DNA of 64,000 bases, taken from a virus. Location: IMG/VR virus record IMGVR_UViG_3300025133_000027, positions 1-64,000 of that record; one strand, given 5' to 3'. Below the pieces are notes generated by a model, which made no database searches, had not been told where the DNA came from, and saw only the letters and a program-made list of their open reading frames with translations. This document shows, piece after piece, positions 7,372-16,477 of this stretch. A program made the position numbers and the translations under genes. Each line of letters opens with the position of its first letter. Positions within the stretch are counted from its first letter, which is position 1.

Positions 7372-8121
7372 GTGATGAAAATTCAATTCATGAGCGATCT
7401 CCACCTAGAGTGGATGGGAAAAAATAGAAGGATCTCATTTGTAGAGTCCCTGCCGGTAACGGGAGATGTTTTGGTCCTGGCAGGAGATATTACAGAATAC
7501 TCAGCCTTTGTAGAGACAATGACACAGTTCGCTAAGAAATGGCCGCATGTTGTTCATGTTCCCGGTAATCATGAATATTATCGTTCCAATAAGGGAACAA
7601 TTAATAACTGTGCATCTAAGATGATGCGAAGATTTCCCAACTATCACTTCTTGTGTGATAGCGTGGTTGAGGTTGATGGGGTTAAGTTTGTTGGCTCTAC
7701 TCTATGGTTTAGAGAGACTGTGGCTAACTTCATTGATAGACGCCTGATGACAGACTATACGATCATTCAAGGCTTTAAGCGCAACGTGTTTGATTGGAAC
7801 CGAGCTTGCATTAAATTTCTTAATAAAAATGTAACAGAAGGCTGTGTGGTAATTACCCACCATGCTCCTTCGGAGAAGAGTGTAAGTGTTAATTTCAAGT
7901 ATGCAAAACAGAATGCTTTGTATTATTGTAGTATGGAAAAATTGATGCTTGATAGAAGCCCAAAGCTCTGGATCCACGGTCACATGCACGATCCTGTTTT
8001 CTATGAAATTGATAAGACAACAGTAATCTCTAATCCTAGAGGTTATGAGGACATTCACGGAACAGGGGATCGCAAGATTGGGCTCGAAAGATTTGTTCCA
8101 GAACTAATTTTTGAGGTATAA
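7372..8121 (+). CDS. calcineurin-like metallophosphoesterase
   Basis: DLH, GD, GNHE, HH, GHMH motifs. Confidence 0.9.
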   Translation: MMKIQFMSDLHLEWMGKNRRISFVESLPVTGDVLVLAGDITEYSAFVETMTQFAKKWPHVVHVPGNHEYYRSNKGTINNCASKMMRRFPNYHFLCDSVVEVDGVKFVGSTLWFRETVANFIDRRLMTDYTIIQGFKRNVFDWNRACIKFLNKNVTEGCVVITHHAPSEKSVSVNFKYAKQNALYYCSMEKLMLDRSPKLWIHGHMHDPVFYEIDKTTVISNPRGYEDIHGTGDRKIGLERFVPELIFEV

Positions 8122-8487
8122 ATGAGCGAACTTAAAGAAGATTTCGAGGTTCCAAAGAAGGTAGAATACAAAAAGAGCTTCACACCTGAAGTGATTACAA
8201 AGATCCTTGACCATCCTAAGATACTAAAATCACGAATCGTAAGAATTGTGTCTACTGTGGCTGGGATGGATACCTTTATAGGATTAGGTGTTATCACTGA
8301 TGTTGATGTGAGGCCACTTACTTTTCTGATTTCGGTTGAACCTATTGTTGATAAGGGAATTGCACAACCTGAGAAGCCTGATGTATTTACAGGAATCCCT
8401 GTTCATGCTTTCATTGCAAAACACTCACTGCTTGAAGGGTTATTAGGAATTTACGAGTATAATAACTTCAAAATTTATCTAGGATAA
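8122..8487 (+). CDS. hypothetical protein
   Basis: Abuts upstream gene. Confidence 0.65.
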   Translation: MSELKEDFEVPKKVEYKKSFTPEVITKILDHPKILKSRIVRIVSTVAGMDTFIGLGVITDVDVRPLTFLISVEPIVDKGIAQPEKPDVFTGIPVHAFIAKHSLLEGLLGIYEYNNFKIYLG

Positions 8488-8491
8488 TATA

Positions 8492-8707
8492 ATGAAAGTA
8501 ACTAAGTTTGTTGGAAAAGAGTTTGCTTCCTCAAAAAGATTTAAAGTCAGAGGGTATAAAGAAATTGCATTATTTTATGATGTTCTCGTTGATTACTTTC
8601 TCGACGGCTATACCAACGCGATCTCTCCGAAGAAAGGGGATAAGTTCCGTGTGCTTAAACGAGGCAATGAGCGTATCATTATCGAACAAGAGACTAAGGA
8701 TTTATAA
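8492..8707 (+). CDS. hypothetical protein
   Basis: ORF in operon. Confidence 0.6.
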   Translation: MKVTKFVGKEFASSKRFKVRGYKEIALFYDVLVDYFLDGYTNAISPKKGDKFRVLKRGNERIIIEQETKDL

Positions 8708-8751
8708 TGAAAGCAGCACTTGATTATGCTCTTGAGCAGCAAGGGTAGGCT

Positions 8752-9033
8752 ATGACACTATTATATCTATATATTTGTGGACTTTTAGTTGCACTTATTT
8801 TAACTCCTCATTTGTTTATAAGCATAGGTTTTATAGATAGGTTTCATAATCCTAATGAACACAGTGATGAGGATATATCTGGAAGCTTGGCTCTAGCTTC
8901 GTTATTAGTATCAATTATTTGGCCACTAACAATTATATTCATACTTAGGAGCCTTCAAACTGATATTGAAAAAGGTTCTATACTGCTTGTCGCAATGTCA
9001 AGAGAAATAAAGGAAAGAAAGAAAGATGAATAA
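8752..9033 (+). CDS. hypothetical membrane protein
   Basis: Two TM segments, IIWPL motif. Confidence 0.65.
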   Translation: MTLLYLYICGLLVALILTPHLFISIGFIDRFHNPNEHSDEDISGSLALASLLVSIIWPLTIIFILRSLQTDIEKGSILLVAMSREIKERKKDE

Positions 9034-9415
9034 AGACACTGCAATTCTTATGTCAAGAGAAGTAAAAGAGGCACTCACTCTTATTGCTGAAAAGCATGGG
9101 GTAACACTTGAATATGGCAGGAATACTTGGGGGAACGATTCTTCAAAAGGTTCATGGGTATTCAAAGAGCAGACTGCAAGCGGGGAGCCCGTTGATTTCC
9201 AAGAAAAAGCTCTTCGAATTGGCATTGATCTTGGTGCATACGGCATGATCTTCGTTGGTAGTCATGACAACAAGGTTTATAAGATCAACGGCATCAACAC
9301 AAGAGCCCGAAAATATCCAGTCACCGCAGTGAACCTTGTCAATAAAAAGGTCTATAAATTCACTGCTGAATATATCAATAGACAACACTTGAAAGAACCA
9401 ACTTACTCGAAATAA
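9026..9415 (+). CDS. hypothetical phage protein
   Basis: GINTRARKYPV motif; coupled ORF. Confidence 0.75.
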   Translation: MNKDTAILMSREVKEALTLIAEKHGVTLEYGRNTWGNDSSKGSWVFKEQTASGEPVDFQEKALRIGIDLGAYGMIFVGSHDNKVYKINGINTRARKYPVTAVNLVNKKVYKFTAEYINRQHLKEPTYSK

Positions 9416-9425
9416 GAGGAGAATT

Positions 9426-9668
9426 ATGTCAAATAAAACATATTCAACAGAAGCAACCTATGCGGTAACAGTCGGAGAGTTGATCGAAAAACTCAATCAG
9501 CTAGATCCTAGTATCCACGTCCTTGTTAAAGGCTACGAAGGTGGGCTTGACGACGTTGGTCGCAACACTCCAGTTCAGCAGTATAATCGTGATACAAACA
9601 CAGATGCATGGTATTACGGCAAGCACGATATATCTGAAGACGGCAAGTTTGATTGCATCGTGCTATAG
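9426..9668 (+). CDS. hypothetical phage protein
   Basis: TVGELIEKL...V-GYEGG; AGGAG SD. Confidence 0.75.
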   Translation: MSNKTYSTEATYAVTVGELIEKLNQLDPSIHVLVKGYEGGLDDVGRNTPVQQYNRDTNTDAWYYGKHDISEDGKFDCIVL

Positions 9669-9691
9669 TCAAAACAGATAGTTTGAACGGC

Positions 9692-9720
9692 TTGTGGAAT
9701 AAGTCCGTTCTTGATAGAAT
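9692..9720 (+). promoter_or_regulatory. sigma70-type promoter with AAGTC in spacer
   Basis: TTGTGG-17-TAGAAT inside inverted repeat GAACGG/CCGTTC. Confidence 0.6.
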
Positions 9721-9780
9721 GAATACGTTGAGAGGGACGGAGAGACTGTCCCTAAGATTTAATATATAAGAGGTAAGATA

Positions 9781-10899
9781 ATGTCAGTTACGTTCAAGAC
9801 TTTTCGTAAAGTAGTAAAACGTGTTATTGAGGGAAGGCATCCCGTTCTTGTGCGTGGGCGTCACGGCATTGGTAAGTCAGAGGTTATTAAGCAGATTGCT
9901 AAAGACCATGAGCTTGCTCCGGTAGAGCGCAGAGCATCCCAGATGACCGAAGGCGATTTGATGGGTTTGCCACTGCTTGATGGAGATTCCACAAGCTGGA
10001 ATCCTCCTGATTGGTATAAGGATTGTTGCGAGAACGCACGACTCCTGTTTCTTGATGAGGTTGACCGTGGTTCACCAGAGGTTTGTCAAGGGCTTTTCGA
10101 GCTTTGTGACAGTCGCAAACTAAATGGTCATAAACTTCACCCGGATACCCTGATCTTTGCTGCAATTAACGGCGGTAAGCACGGTCAGCAGTATCAGGTT
10201 CGAACAATGGACCCTGCCGAGAACGATCGCTACACGATCTTCGACCTCGATCCATCTGTTGATGACTGGCTTGATTGGGCAAGCCTTCCGAAGCTCCCTG
10301 GATCTAGGGCGACTAACATCCACCCAATCATTTGGAACTTCATTAACCAGAATCACGGACACCTTGAGCACAAAGACAACTTTGAGCCTAACGAGGTATA
10401 CCCTTCTCGACGTTCTTGGAAGCGTTTTTCGGATACGTGTGTTCGTGGAGACTTGATTGAGGCTGGTAAAACCAATGATGAGGTTTATGTCTTGGCTTCC
10501 GCATATTTGGGGTTAGAAGCAGCGAGTGCTTTCCAGGCATATGTTGCATCTTACAAGTATCGCATTAGTGCAGACGATCTGCTAGCTGGTAAAATCAAGC
10601 CAGCACAGATTAAGAAGCTTAGTATCAATGAGCATAACTCTTTGATTGATGAACTGAGTGTTCACAAGGCTCTTAAGCGAAAAATGACTCAAGGAGAGCT
10701 TGATGCTCTTGGAGAGTATTTCGTTCGTATTCCTGCGGAAGTAGCTCGTAGAATTGTTGAAGTCTATGCAATTCCTGGAAACTACTTGGATAACTCTACT
10801 GAGTTCTGTAAGGTTAATACCTCTAAGGGCAAAGTAACCGACCGTCTGGTTAGCATTGTCACTGGTGCAGTGTTTAATGATGATGGCGATGAGCTTTAA
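9781..10899 (+). CDS. MoxR-like AAA+ ATPase
   Basis: Walker A GRHGIGKS, Walker B LLFLDE, AAIN, DPA--DR, PSRRSW. Confidence 0.9.
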   Translation: MSVTFKTFRKVVKRVIEGRHPVLVRGRHGIGKSEVIKQIAKDHELAPVERRASQMTEGDLMGLPLLDGDSTSWNPPDWYKDCCENARLLFLDEVDRGSPEVCQGLFELCDSRKLNGHKLHPDTLIFAAINGGKHGQQYQVRTMDPAENDRYTIFDLDPSVDDWLDWASLPKLPGSRATNIHPIIWNFINQNHGHLEHKDNFEPNEVYPSRRSWKRFSDTCVRGDLIEAGKTNDEVYVLASAYLGLEAASAFQAYVASYKYRISADDLLAGKIKPAQIKKLSINEHNSLIDELSVHKALKRKMTQGELDALGEYFVRIPAEVARRIVEVYAIPGNYLDNSTEFCKVNTSKGKVTDRLVSIVTGAVFNDDGDEL

Positions 10900-10937
10900 G
10901 AACGTCGCATAAAGAACAAACTAGATAGGGAGATAAA

Positions 10938-12146
10938 ATGAGTTCATTTGATATGAATAAAAAGTGCGATGTTGGTCCAGATGAATTTGATATAGATCTC
11001 TATATGATTCAACTGTTCAAAAAAGAGCCTTTCTTCGCTGAGTTAAGTCGGCGTATTGAGAAGGTTGAACTTCGTTCGATTCCAACAATCGGAGTAAGAC
11101 TCAACCCTCGCACCGTTCAGTATGAGTTGGCATATAATCCTGAGTTTATGTGTACCTTGACTTTCAAGGAGATTCAAGGTGTTCTAATCCATGAGTTTTA
11201 CCACATTGTATTTATGCACATCACTTCTCGAAGACCTTCTGAGGAGTGGCATAAGATCTGGAATATTGCTGCTGACTTAGCAATCAATTGTCTGATCGGA
11301 AAGGATCGTTTGCCAGATATGGCATGTTTCCCTGCTGAAGGGAGGTTTGCTGAATTACCTGCAATGATGGCAGCAGAAGCATATTTCTCAAAGATCGTTA
11401 CTGAACCTAAGAAGTATGGGATGGGCGATCAGGCAGATGGGGAAGGGCAATTCGACTCACATGATAATTGGGATGATGTTCCTGATGAGGTAAAAGAGCT
11501 TGCAAGGCAGCGTGCTAAGGAAGCAACCGAGGCCGCTTACAATAAAGCTGCTAAAAGCAATAGCTGGGGAACTGTTTCCGCAGCTTCACAAAAAACAATC
11601 TTGAAGAATTTGCGCACTGAGGTCAATTGGCGACAGGTGCTAAGATACTTCATCGGTCAGTCGCAGAAAGCTGAGTCATATTCAACTGTTCGGAGGATTA
11701 ACCGTCGTTTTCCTTACATTCACCCTGGTCGTAGGTATCATCGCACTGCAAACATTGCAATTAGCATAGATATGTCTGGTTCCGTTGACGATAACATGCT
11801 TTCAAAGTTCTTTTCTGAACTGAATAAGCTCTCGGAACTAGCGACATTCACTGTTGTTCCGTTTGATAATGCGGTGTTTGAAGAGAAGATCTTTGTATGG
11901 AAGAAAGGTTCGATTAAGCCAGCGGAACGTGTCCTCCATGGAGGAACTGATTTCAATGCACCAACAAATTATGTCAATGAGCATGGATTTGACGGTCATA
12001 TCATTCTTACTGACCTTTGTGCGCCTTTCCCTGGAACTTCAAAAGCCCAGCGAATGTGGATGACGACCAGGAGATGTTTGGATAATTATGGCTCCTCTTT
12101 CACAAAAGAGCGTGTAATCGCTTTGGAAGATCCAAAGAGAGGGTAG
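10938..12146 (+). CDS. DUF2201-type HExxH metallopeptidase plus VWA domain protein
   Basis: HEFYH, WNIAADLAIN, MIDAS DMSGS, GGTDF, LTD. Confidence 0.88.
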   Translation: MSSFDMNKKCDVGPDEFDIDLYMIQLFKKEPFFAELSRRIEKVELRSIPTIGVRLNPRTVQYELAYNPEFMCTLTFKEIQGVLIHEFYHIVFMHITSRRPSEEWHKIWNIAADLAINCLIGKDRLPDMACFPAEGRFAELPAMMAAEAYFSKIVTEPKKYGMGDQADGEGQFDSHDNWDDVPDEVKELARQRAKEATEAAYNKAAKSNSWGTVSAASQKTILKNLRTEVNWRQVLRYFIGQSQKAESYSTVRRINRRFPYIHPGRRYHRTANIAISIDMSGSVDDNMLSKFFSELNKLSELATFTVVPFDNAVFEEKIFVWKKGSIKPAERVLHGGTDFNAPTNYVNEHGFDGHIILTDLCAPFPGTSKAQRMWMTTRRCLDNYGSSFTKERVIALEDPKRG

Positions 12147-12177
12147 ACTCATTCGAAAATATAACACAATCCATGCT

Positions 12178-12426
12178 GTGGACTCTTTGTTGTCAATGTT
12201 GAATGAGTTGGTAGAGACTGAGACTGGGAGCTTCTTTGATGAGTTGAACAAGCTCAAAGAAGCTCCCAGTCAGGAAGTAACCTTTTCTTTCACAGAATGC
12301 CTCAAGAATTTCTCGTCATCAGAGAAGATTCTCCTTGAGGCATTCTGCAAGATTGTTAACAACGAGTATCAAGACAAGGAACTGAAATCAATCACGAAAC
12401 TTATTTTGGAGGCAATATATGCTTGA
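12178..12426 (+). CDS. hypothetical protein
   Basis: ORF in operon. Confidence 0.55.
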   Translation: MDSLLSMLNELVETETGSFFDELNKLKEAPSQEVTFSFTECLKNFSSSEKILLEAFCKIVNNEYQDKELKSITKLILEAIYA

Positions 12427-12673
12427 AAGCGCTGATATTGGAGAAAATTCAGGGCACTCCATTGGAGACTTAGTGTGTTTTATAGATTTAAATAAAGAAT
12501 TTGTATTCTGTCGTATCTACGAAGAATTTGAAGAACCAACCACAAAATTAAAAGAATTCACCTTCAAGATTCTTCACCCTTATAAAGTGGAGGATCCAAT
12601 ATCTGGTGAGTTAGTGTCACTTACAACTGGAAGACTACCTTCTTATGTGCTTAAGAAGGTCAACGAGGCTTAA
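12419..12673 (+). CDS. hypothetical protein
   Basis: GGAGG SD; overlap-coupled. Confidence 0.65.
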   Translation: MLESADIGENSGHSIGDLVCFIDLNKEFVFCRIYEEFEEPTTKLKEFTFKILHPYKVEDPISGELVSLTTGRLPSYVLKKVNEA

Positions 12674-12674
12674 T

Positions 12675-13412
12675 ATGAACACGAAGCAGACCCAAGGCCA
12701 AGTCCTTAATGATGAAATCAACAAACTAGATACCTTTCTTGAAGGACTTGACGACGAAGGGGTTTTAGCTCTTGCTTTCTATCTTGTTGAGGCTGGAACG
12801 AAGTGTGTAAATTCTGCTTGGATAGAAAATAGTATTTATCAATTCCTCATGAAAAAACCCCAATATCATTCTTTGCTGGTTGGTTTGGAATATAGAGAAA
12901 TAAAAACCCCTCTTTCTACTACCACAAAGTTTAATCATAACAAGATGGTGTCGTCAAGTGTTAAGCGACTGATTTCTTTTCCAAGGAAAAAAATCCTTGA
13001 GGATCGTAAAGCCGAGAATTTCGTTGTTGGCTCAACTGCTTATCTTCGAAAGAAGTATAAACATGAAAAGCGGATCCAACACAACCTACTTAACTCAACT
13101 GAGGCTTTTAAGGGGTTGCAGCGGGATAATCTAAAAAATCAAATATATGTAAGGTATACACATGAATTTGACCAGTTTTGGAAAGCTGATAGTCAACTAG
13201 AAGCAAGATATTTCGTAAAGACCGAGTCTATGCACCAATATTCTTACCATGCCAATATGTATAAAAAAACAGAGAACGCTCCGGTGATTATCCTTGGCGT
13301 GGCTAAGACAGAAGACACCCCGTATCGACATCATATTTATCGAGTGGCTCCTCTGGCGAACCTAACTAGTGAATTCTTCATTAGTCATAAGTTTCTGAAG
13401 AAGGTTCGCTAG
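12675..13412 (+). CDS. hypothetical protein
   Basis: Long ORF; ATG after GAGG. Confidence 0.7.
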   Translation: MNTKQTQGQVLNDEINKLDTFLEGLDDEGVLALAFYLVEAGTKCVNSAWIENSIYQFLMKKPQYHSLLVGLEYREIKTPLSTTTKFNHNKMVSSSVKRLISFPRKKILEDRKAENFVVGSTAYLRKKYKHEKRIQHNLLNSTEAFKGLQRDNLKNQIYVRYTHEFDQFWKADSQLEARYFVKTESMHQYSYHANMYKKTENAPVIILGVAKTEDTPYRHHIYRVAPLANLTSEFFISHKFLKKVR

Positions 13413-13438
13413 GAAGATAGCACGAAGTTACAAGCTTA

Positions 13439-13467
13439 TTGAGTTAAAGTCTCCTTCCCGATATAAT
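13439..13467 (+). promoter_or_regulatory. sigma70-type promoter with AAGTC in spacer
   Basis: TTGAGT-17-TATAAT. Confidence 0.7.
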
Positions 13468-13522
13468 GGAAGAGCGAAAAAGGAAATATCGGGAAGGAGC
13501 CGCAAGACTTGGAGGTAGGCTA

Positions 13523-13741
13523 ATGGATTATGTTTTGTGTCACTTTTGCGGTGGCGAATACAATAAGAAACGCAAAGACTTAGGCTATCGGTCTTGCCTT
13601 GATTGCGGACAAACCCATGCTCAAAAAGAGAAAGACTATAAGGCGAAATGCACAGCACCGGCATACAATAAAGGTGCATATCAATATGTTTCAACAAAAG
13701 CCCAAGTTATTGGAATCTTTAAGTGTGGCAGTGATAAATGA
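13523..13741 (+). CDS. C4 zinc-finger protein (DksA/TraR-finger-like)
   Basis: CHFC...R--LGY--CLDC; GGAGG SD. Confidence 0.7.
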   Translation: MDYVLCHFCGGEYNKKRKDLGYRSCLDCGQTHAQKEKDYKAKCTAPAYNKGAYQYVSTKAQVIGIFKCGSDK

Positions 13742-13950
13742 AAAGCGAAAAGGAAATATCGAGAAGGAGCCGTAAGGCTTGGAGGTAAATTTGAGTGATT
13801 GCAATTGCGGTTCATCAGGGATTAGCCTGTTCACATTCTGTCTAGCGTTGTTTGTCATTGGCTTGTGTGCTAATTGGTGGACCGTGGATACACAAACTGA
13901 TTGTAGCAATCCAGAGGGCTGCAAATACACAATTAACGTGGTGGTAATAG

Positions 13951-14460
13951 ATGAGTAAAACACTGACAGCTCAAGATTATGAGCGCATTTATATCAGAGG
14001 AGCAATGTCCTCTTTCACACGTAACCTTCCTAAATATGTTGACTTCGAGATTGATAAACGAGATGTTGAAATCTCGATCGCAGGGACCAAGATCTGCACG
14101 ATGAAACTGATTGTCGGCAAAGAGATTTATTGGGCCTGCGAAACTCGTAACCATTCGAGAATTAACCTAAAAGTTGCTGATGCGACAGTCTTACTAGATG
14201 ATATTCTAGGTCGTCTTAAAGTCAAGAGAGTTCCCAAGGTTGTCAAACCAGACAAGAAGCTACTGCAACTAATTGCTAACTCAGGCAAAGCAGCTCTGGA
14301 AAAGAAAAAGAAGCAGCGTCGTTGTGGGTTGTGTCGTGAGTTTGGACATAACCGCCGAACATGCCCACAGAACAAAGAACGATTCCTCGGCAAAGGTGGC
14401 AAGAGCAAAGTCCCAGCGCTAAAACGAAAGCGTCGCAAGCGCACTGTTAAGAGGAAGTAG
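13951..14460 (+). CDS. CCHC zinc-knuckle protein with basic tail
   Basis: CGLCREFGHNRRTC; tail KRKRRKRTVKRK. Confidence 0.8.
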   Translation: MSKTLTAQDYERIYIRGAMSSFTRNLPKYVDFEIDKRDVEISIAGTKICTMKLIVGKEIYWACETRNHSRINLKVADATVLLDDILGRLKVKRVPKVVKPDKKLLQLIANSGKAALEKKKKQRRCGLCREFGHNRRTCPQNKERFLGKGGKSKVPALKRKRRKRTVKRK

Positions 14461-14864
14461 AGCATTAGAGCACTAGGATACTACCTAGGTGGGAGGGGGT
14501 CGCATGCGTGCATACACTATGAAAGTGCCAGTAAACCAATATGATATGGATAAGGCCAGAACTGTTGCACACAGCAGAAATTTTCTTGTAGTTGAAAAAA
14601 ATCAAAGTTTAATTATTTTATATTGTTTAAATAATATAAGTATTGAATATACATTTCGATCCCTAGAAGGATTTCAAGCGTTTAAGCGTCGCTGTTCATT
14701 AATTTATAACAGGAAATCGGCGCTAATAACTTGTGGACAACGCAATATTAAGCTTGAGGCTGCGGCAGAGCCGCTCCCATTGCTGAGAAATTCAAGTAAC
14801 TTTAGACTAAGCCAAAACAATATTGAGCTTGGAGCTTTAAAATGGGTTATGTTTTGTAGTTTTG

Positions 14865-15154
14865 AATAAAATCAGGAACTTGCGAAAGCTCAATGATCTC
14901 AAAGGCTTAGAAAAAGCTATTGATCTCAAAGGCTTAGAAAAAGCTCAATGATTTTCATGTGTTAAGAAAACTGAATCATTTCATGAGGTTAGCAAAAACC
15001 TAATAAAGTCAAAAGGTTAAAGAAATCCAATGATTACCGTGAGTTACGATAACCGAATGGTTTCGGGGAGTTACCTTTATCTAATGATTTCGGGGAGTTA
15101 TGAGAGTCTAATAAATTCAGTAAGTTACCTTTGTCCAATGATTTCAGGTAGTTA
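14865..15154 (+). repeat. tandem array of 11 IHF-consensus-like sites, 27-28 bp period
   Basis: AAT(G/A)A..TC......TTA units starting at 14865, 14892, 14919, 14947, 14974, 15002, 15029, 15056, 15083, 15110, 15137. Confidence 0.85.
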
Positions 15155-16008
15155 CTGAATGAGGGACTGCAAAGCAGTTGCTACAACCCCATGGTTTTAT
15201 TGACTAAACTGAGTATCTCAGGACCCTAATTATTTGTCAAGATGAGGTAAGGTCGTGTAATCATTGAGGAAACACGATATATGGGCAATTCACAAGTCTT
15301 CACATTCTCAAAATGAGACACCAATGATATTGGGCACTTACGATGTGGAAATATGGAACACGCGCCCGATCTTGCTTGACTTGCAAGTCCTTGAAATCAT
15401 TGAGGTTCTCTGCGGTGGTGAAAAATCCCCCAACTATACAAACATCAACCGAATATTTGTCGAATGCCCACTAGACGAATGAGTGGATTTGAGGCCGTTT
15501 CAAAATGATCGCGTTTACAGCAACAATTACAGAGACTTCCAGCTCCACAAACGTCAAGTTGGGCATTTTGAGCCGGATCTGGCCGATCTGCCCTCCGCTA
15601 AGTGCCTGAAATCACACACCGGGCAACAGGGCTTGGCGAAAGGCTGGCTATTGAGGGCCGGTTCTGCCATAATCCGGGGGCGGCAAGGGAAACAACCTGA
15701 GCCGGCCCGAAAGGGAGCCTGCGCGGCTCTAACCGGGCGATTTTTAACCTATTCCTTGTCACACCACTGCGCGTGGTCAGACATTCAGGAAAAGGCTAGC
15801 AGAATCAATACCTTAGCAGGTGTGTTGGTAGTACGCTGGAAAAGCTCAATGAAAACTAGTGGTCAAACGTGGTCGGAAAGACTATAGCAGTAAGTACCTA
15901 ATGCCATTAGGGAAAAGCCTGCAAGCCTTGGGTTAGAACGAGGGCTAAGTAGTCAATTACGATGGTCGGCAGTAGAATCGGCGCACGGTAAGTATATAGA
16001 ATGATAAA

Positions 16009-16078
16009 GCAATCGCACGCTAGGTGCGGCAAGGGCTCAAACCCCTTGTTAGGGTTCGATTCCCTAACGATTGCGCCA
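16009..16078 (+). tRNA. non-canonical tRNA-like RNA, anticodon CAA
   Basis: GCAATCG/CGATTGC-G-CCA; 6-bp anticodon stem; no variable loop; 6-bp T stem with TTCGATT. Confidence 0.65.
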
Positions 16079-16198
16079 AGTTGCAAGGGGTGGACATAAA
16101 CATATCCCCTTGCAATTTCGGGGGGTTAGAAAGATAAAGGTCCGTCGAGGGTGCGCGGTTATGCGCCAAGGCCCTGAGCTAACTCCCCAATTTATAAC

Positions 16199-16248
16199 GA
16201 TATTTGCTGGTTGCCTTGCAAGGGTTCAAATCCCTTGAAATATCGCCA
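16199..16248 (+). ncRNA. tRNA minihelix (acceptor + T arm + CCA only)
   Basis: GATATTT/AAATATC-G-CCA; CAAGGG-TTCAAAT-CCCTTG; 13-nt linker. Confidence 0.7.
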
Positions 16249-16477
16249 AGTTAGAAAGCCATAGGCCGAAAAGTCGGGCTAGGCTATACTGAGAGGGTAG
16301 AAAGGAAGGACGCGAACGAAAATGAAGCGGCTTCACGATGCTGAATGATTTCAGCTAGTTTCGAAGGGCTTTGCAGCAAAGTCGAAATCGGTTATCCTAT
16401 CTATGCGAAATGGTTGAGGTTCTAGGTTGAACCTTACGGAATAATGAGAACGAACCCTCTAAGGGTTCAAAGGATAC

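Noticed and set aside
9026-9415. Internal RKYPV here, and RFPV at the ligase C-terminus, as YPVF family members
   Set aside because: The first is internal and lacks the final F; the second is the standard ligase motif VI
14865-15154. CRISPR array
   Set aside because: Period is only 27 bp, repeats are degenerate, linkers are ~9 nt, and there are no cas genes
14489-15887. ORFs 14489-14869, 15264-15482 and 15483-15887
   Set aside because: Weak starts, no recognisable motifs, and they sit in motif-dense DNA that is probably non-coding
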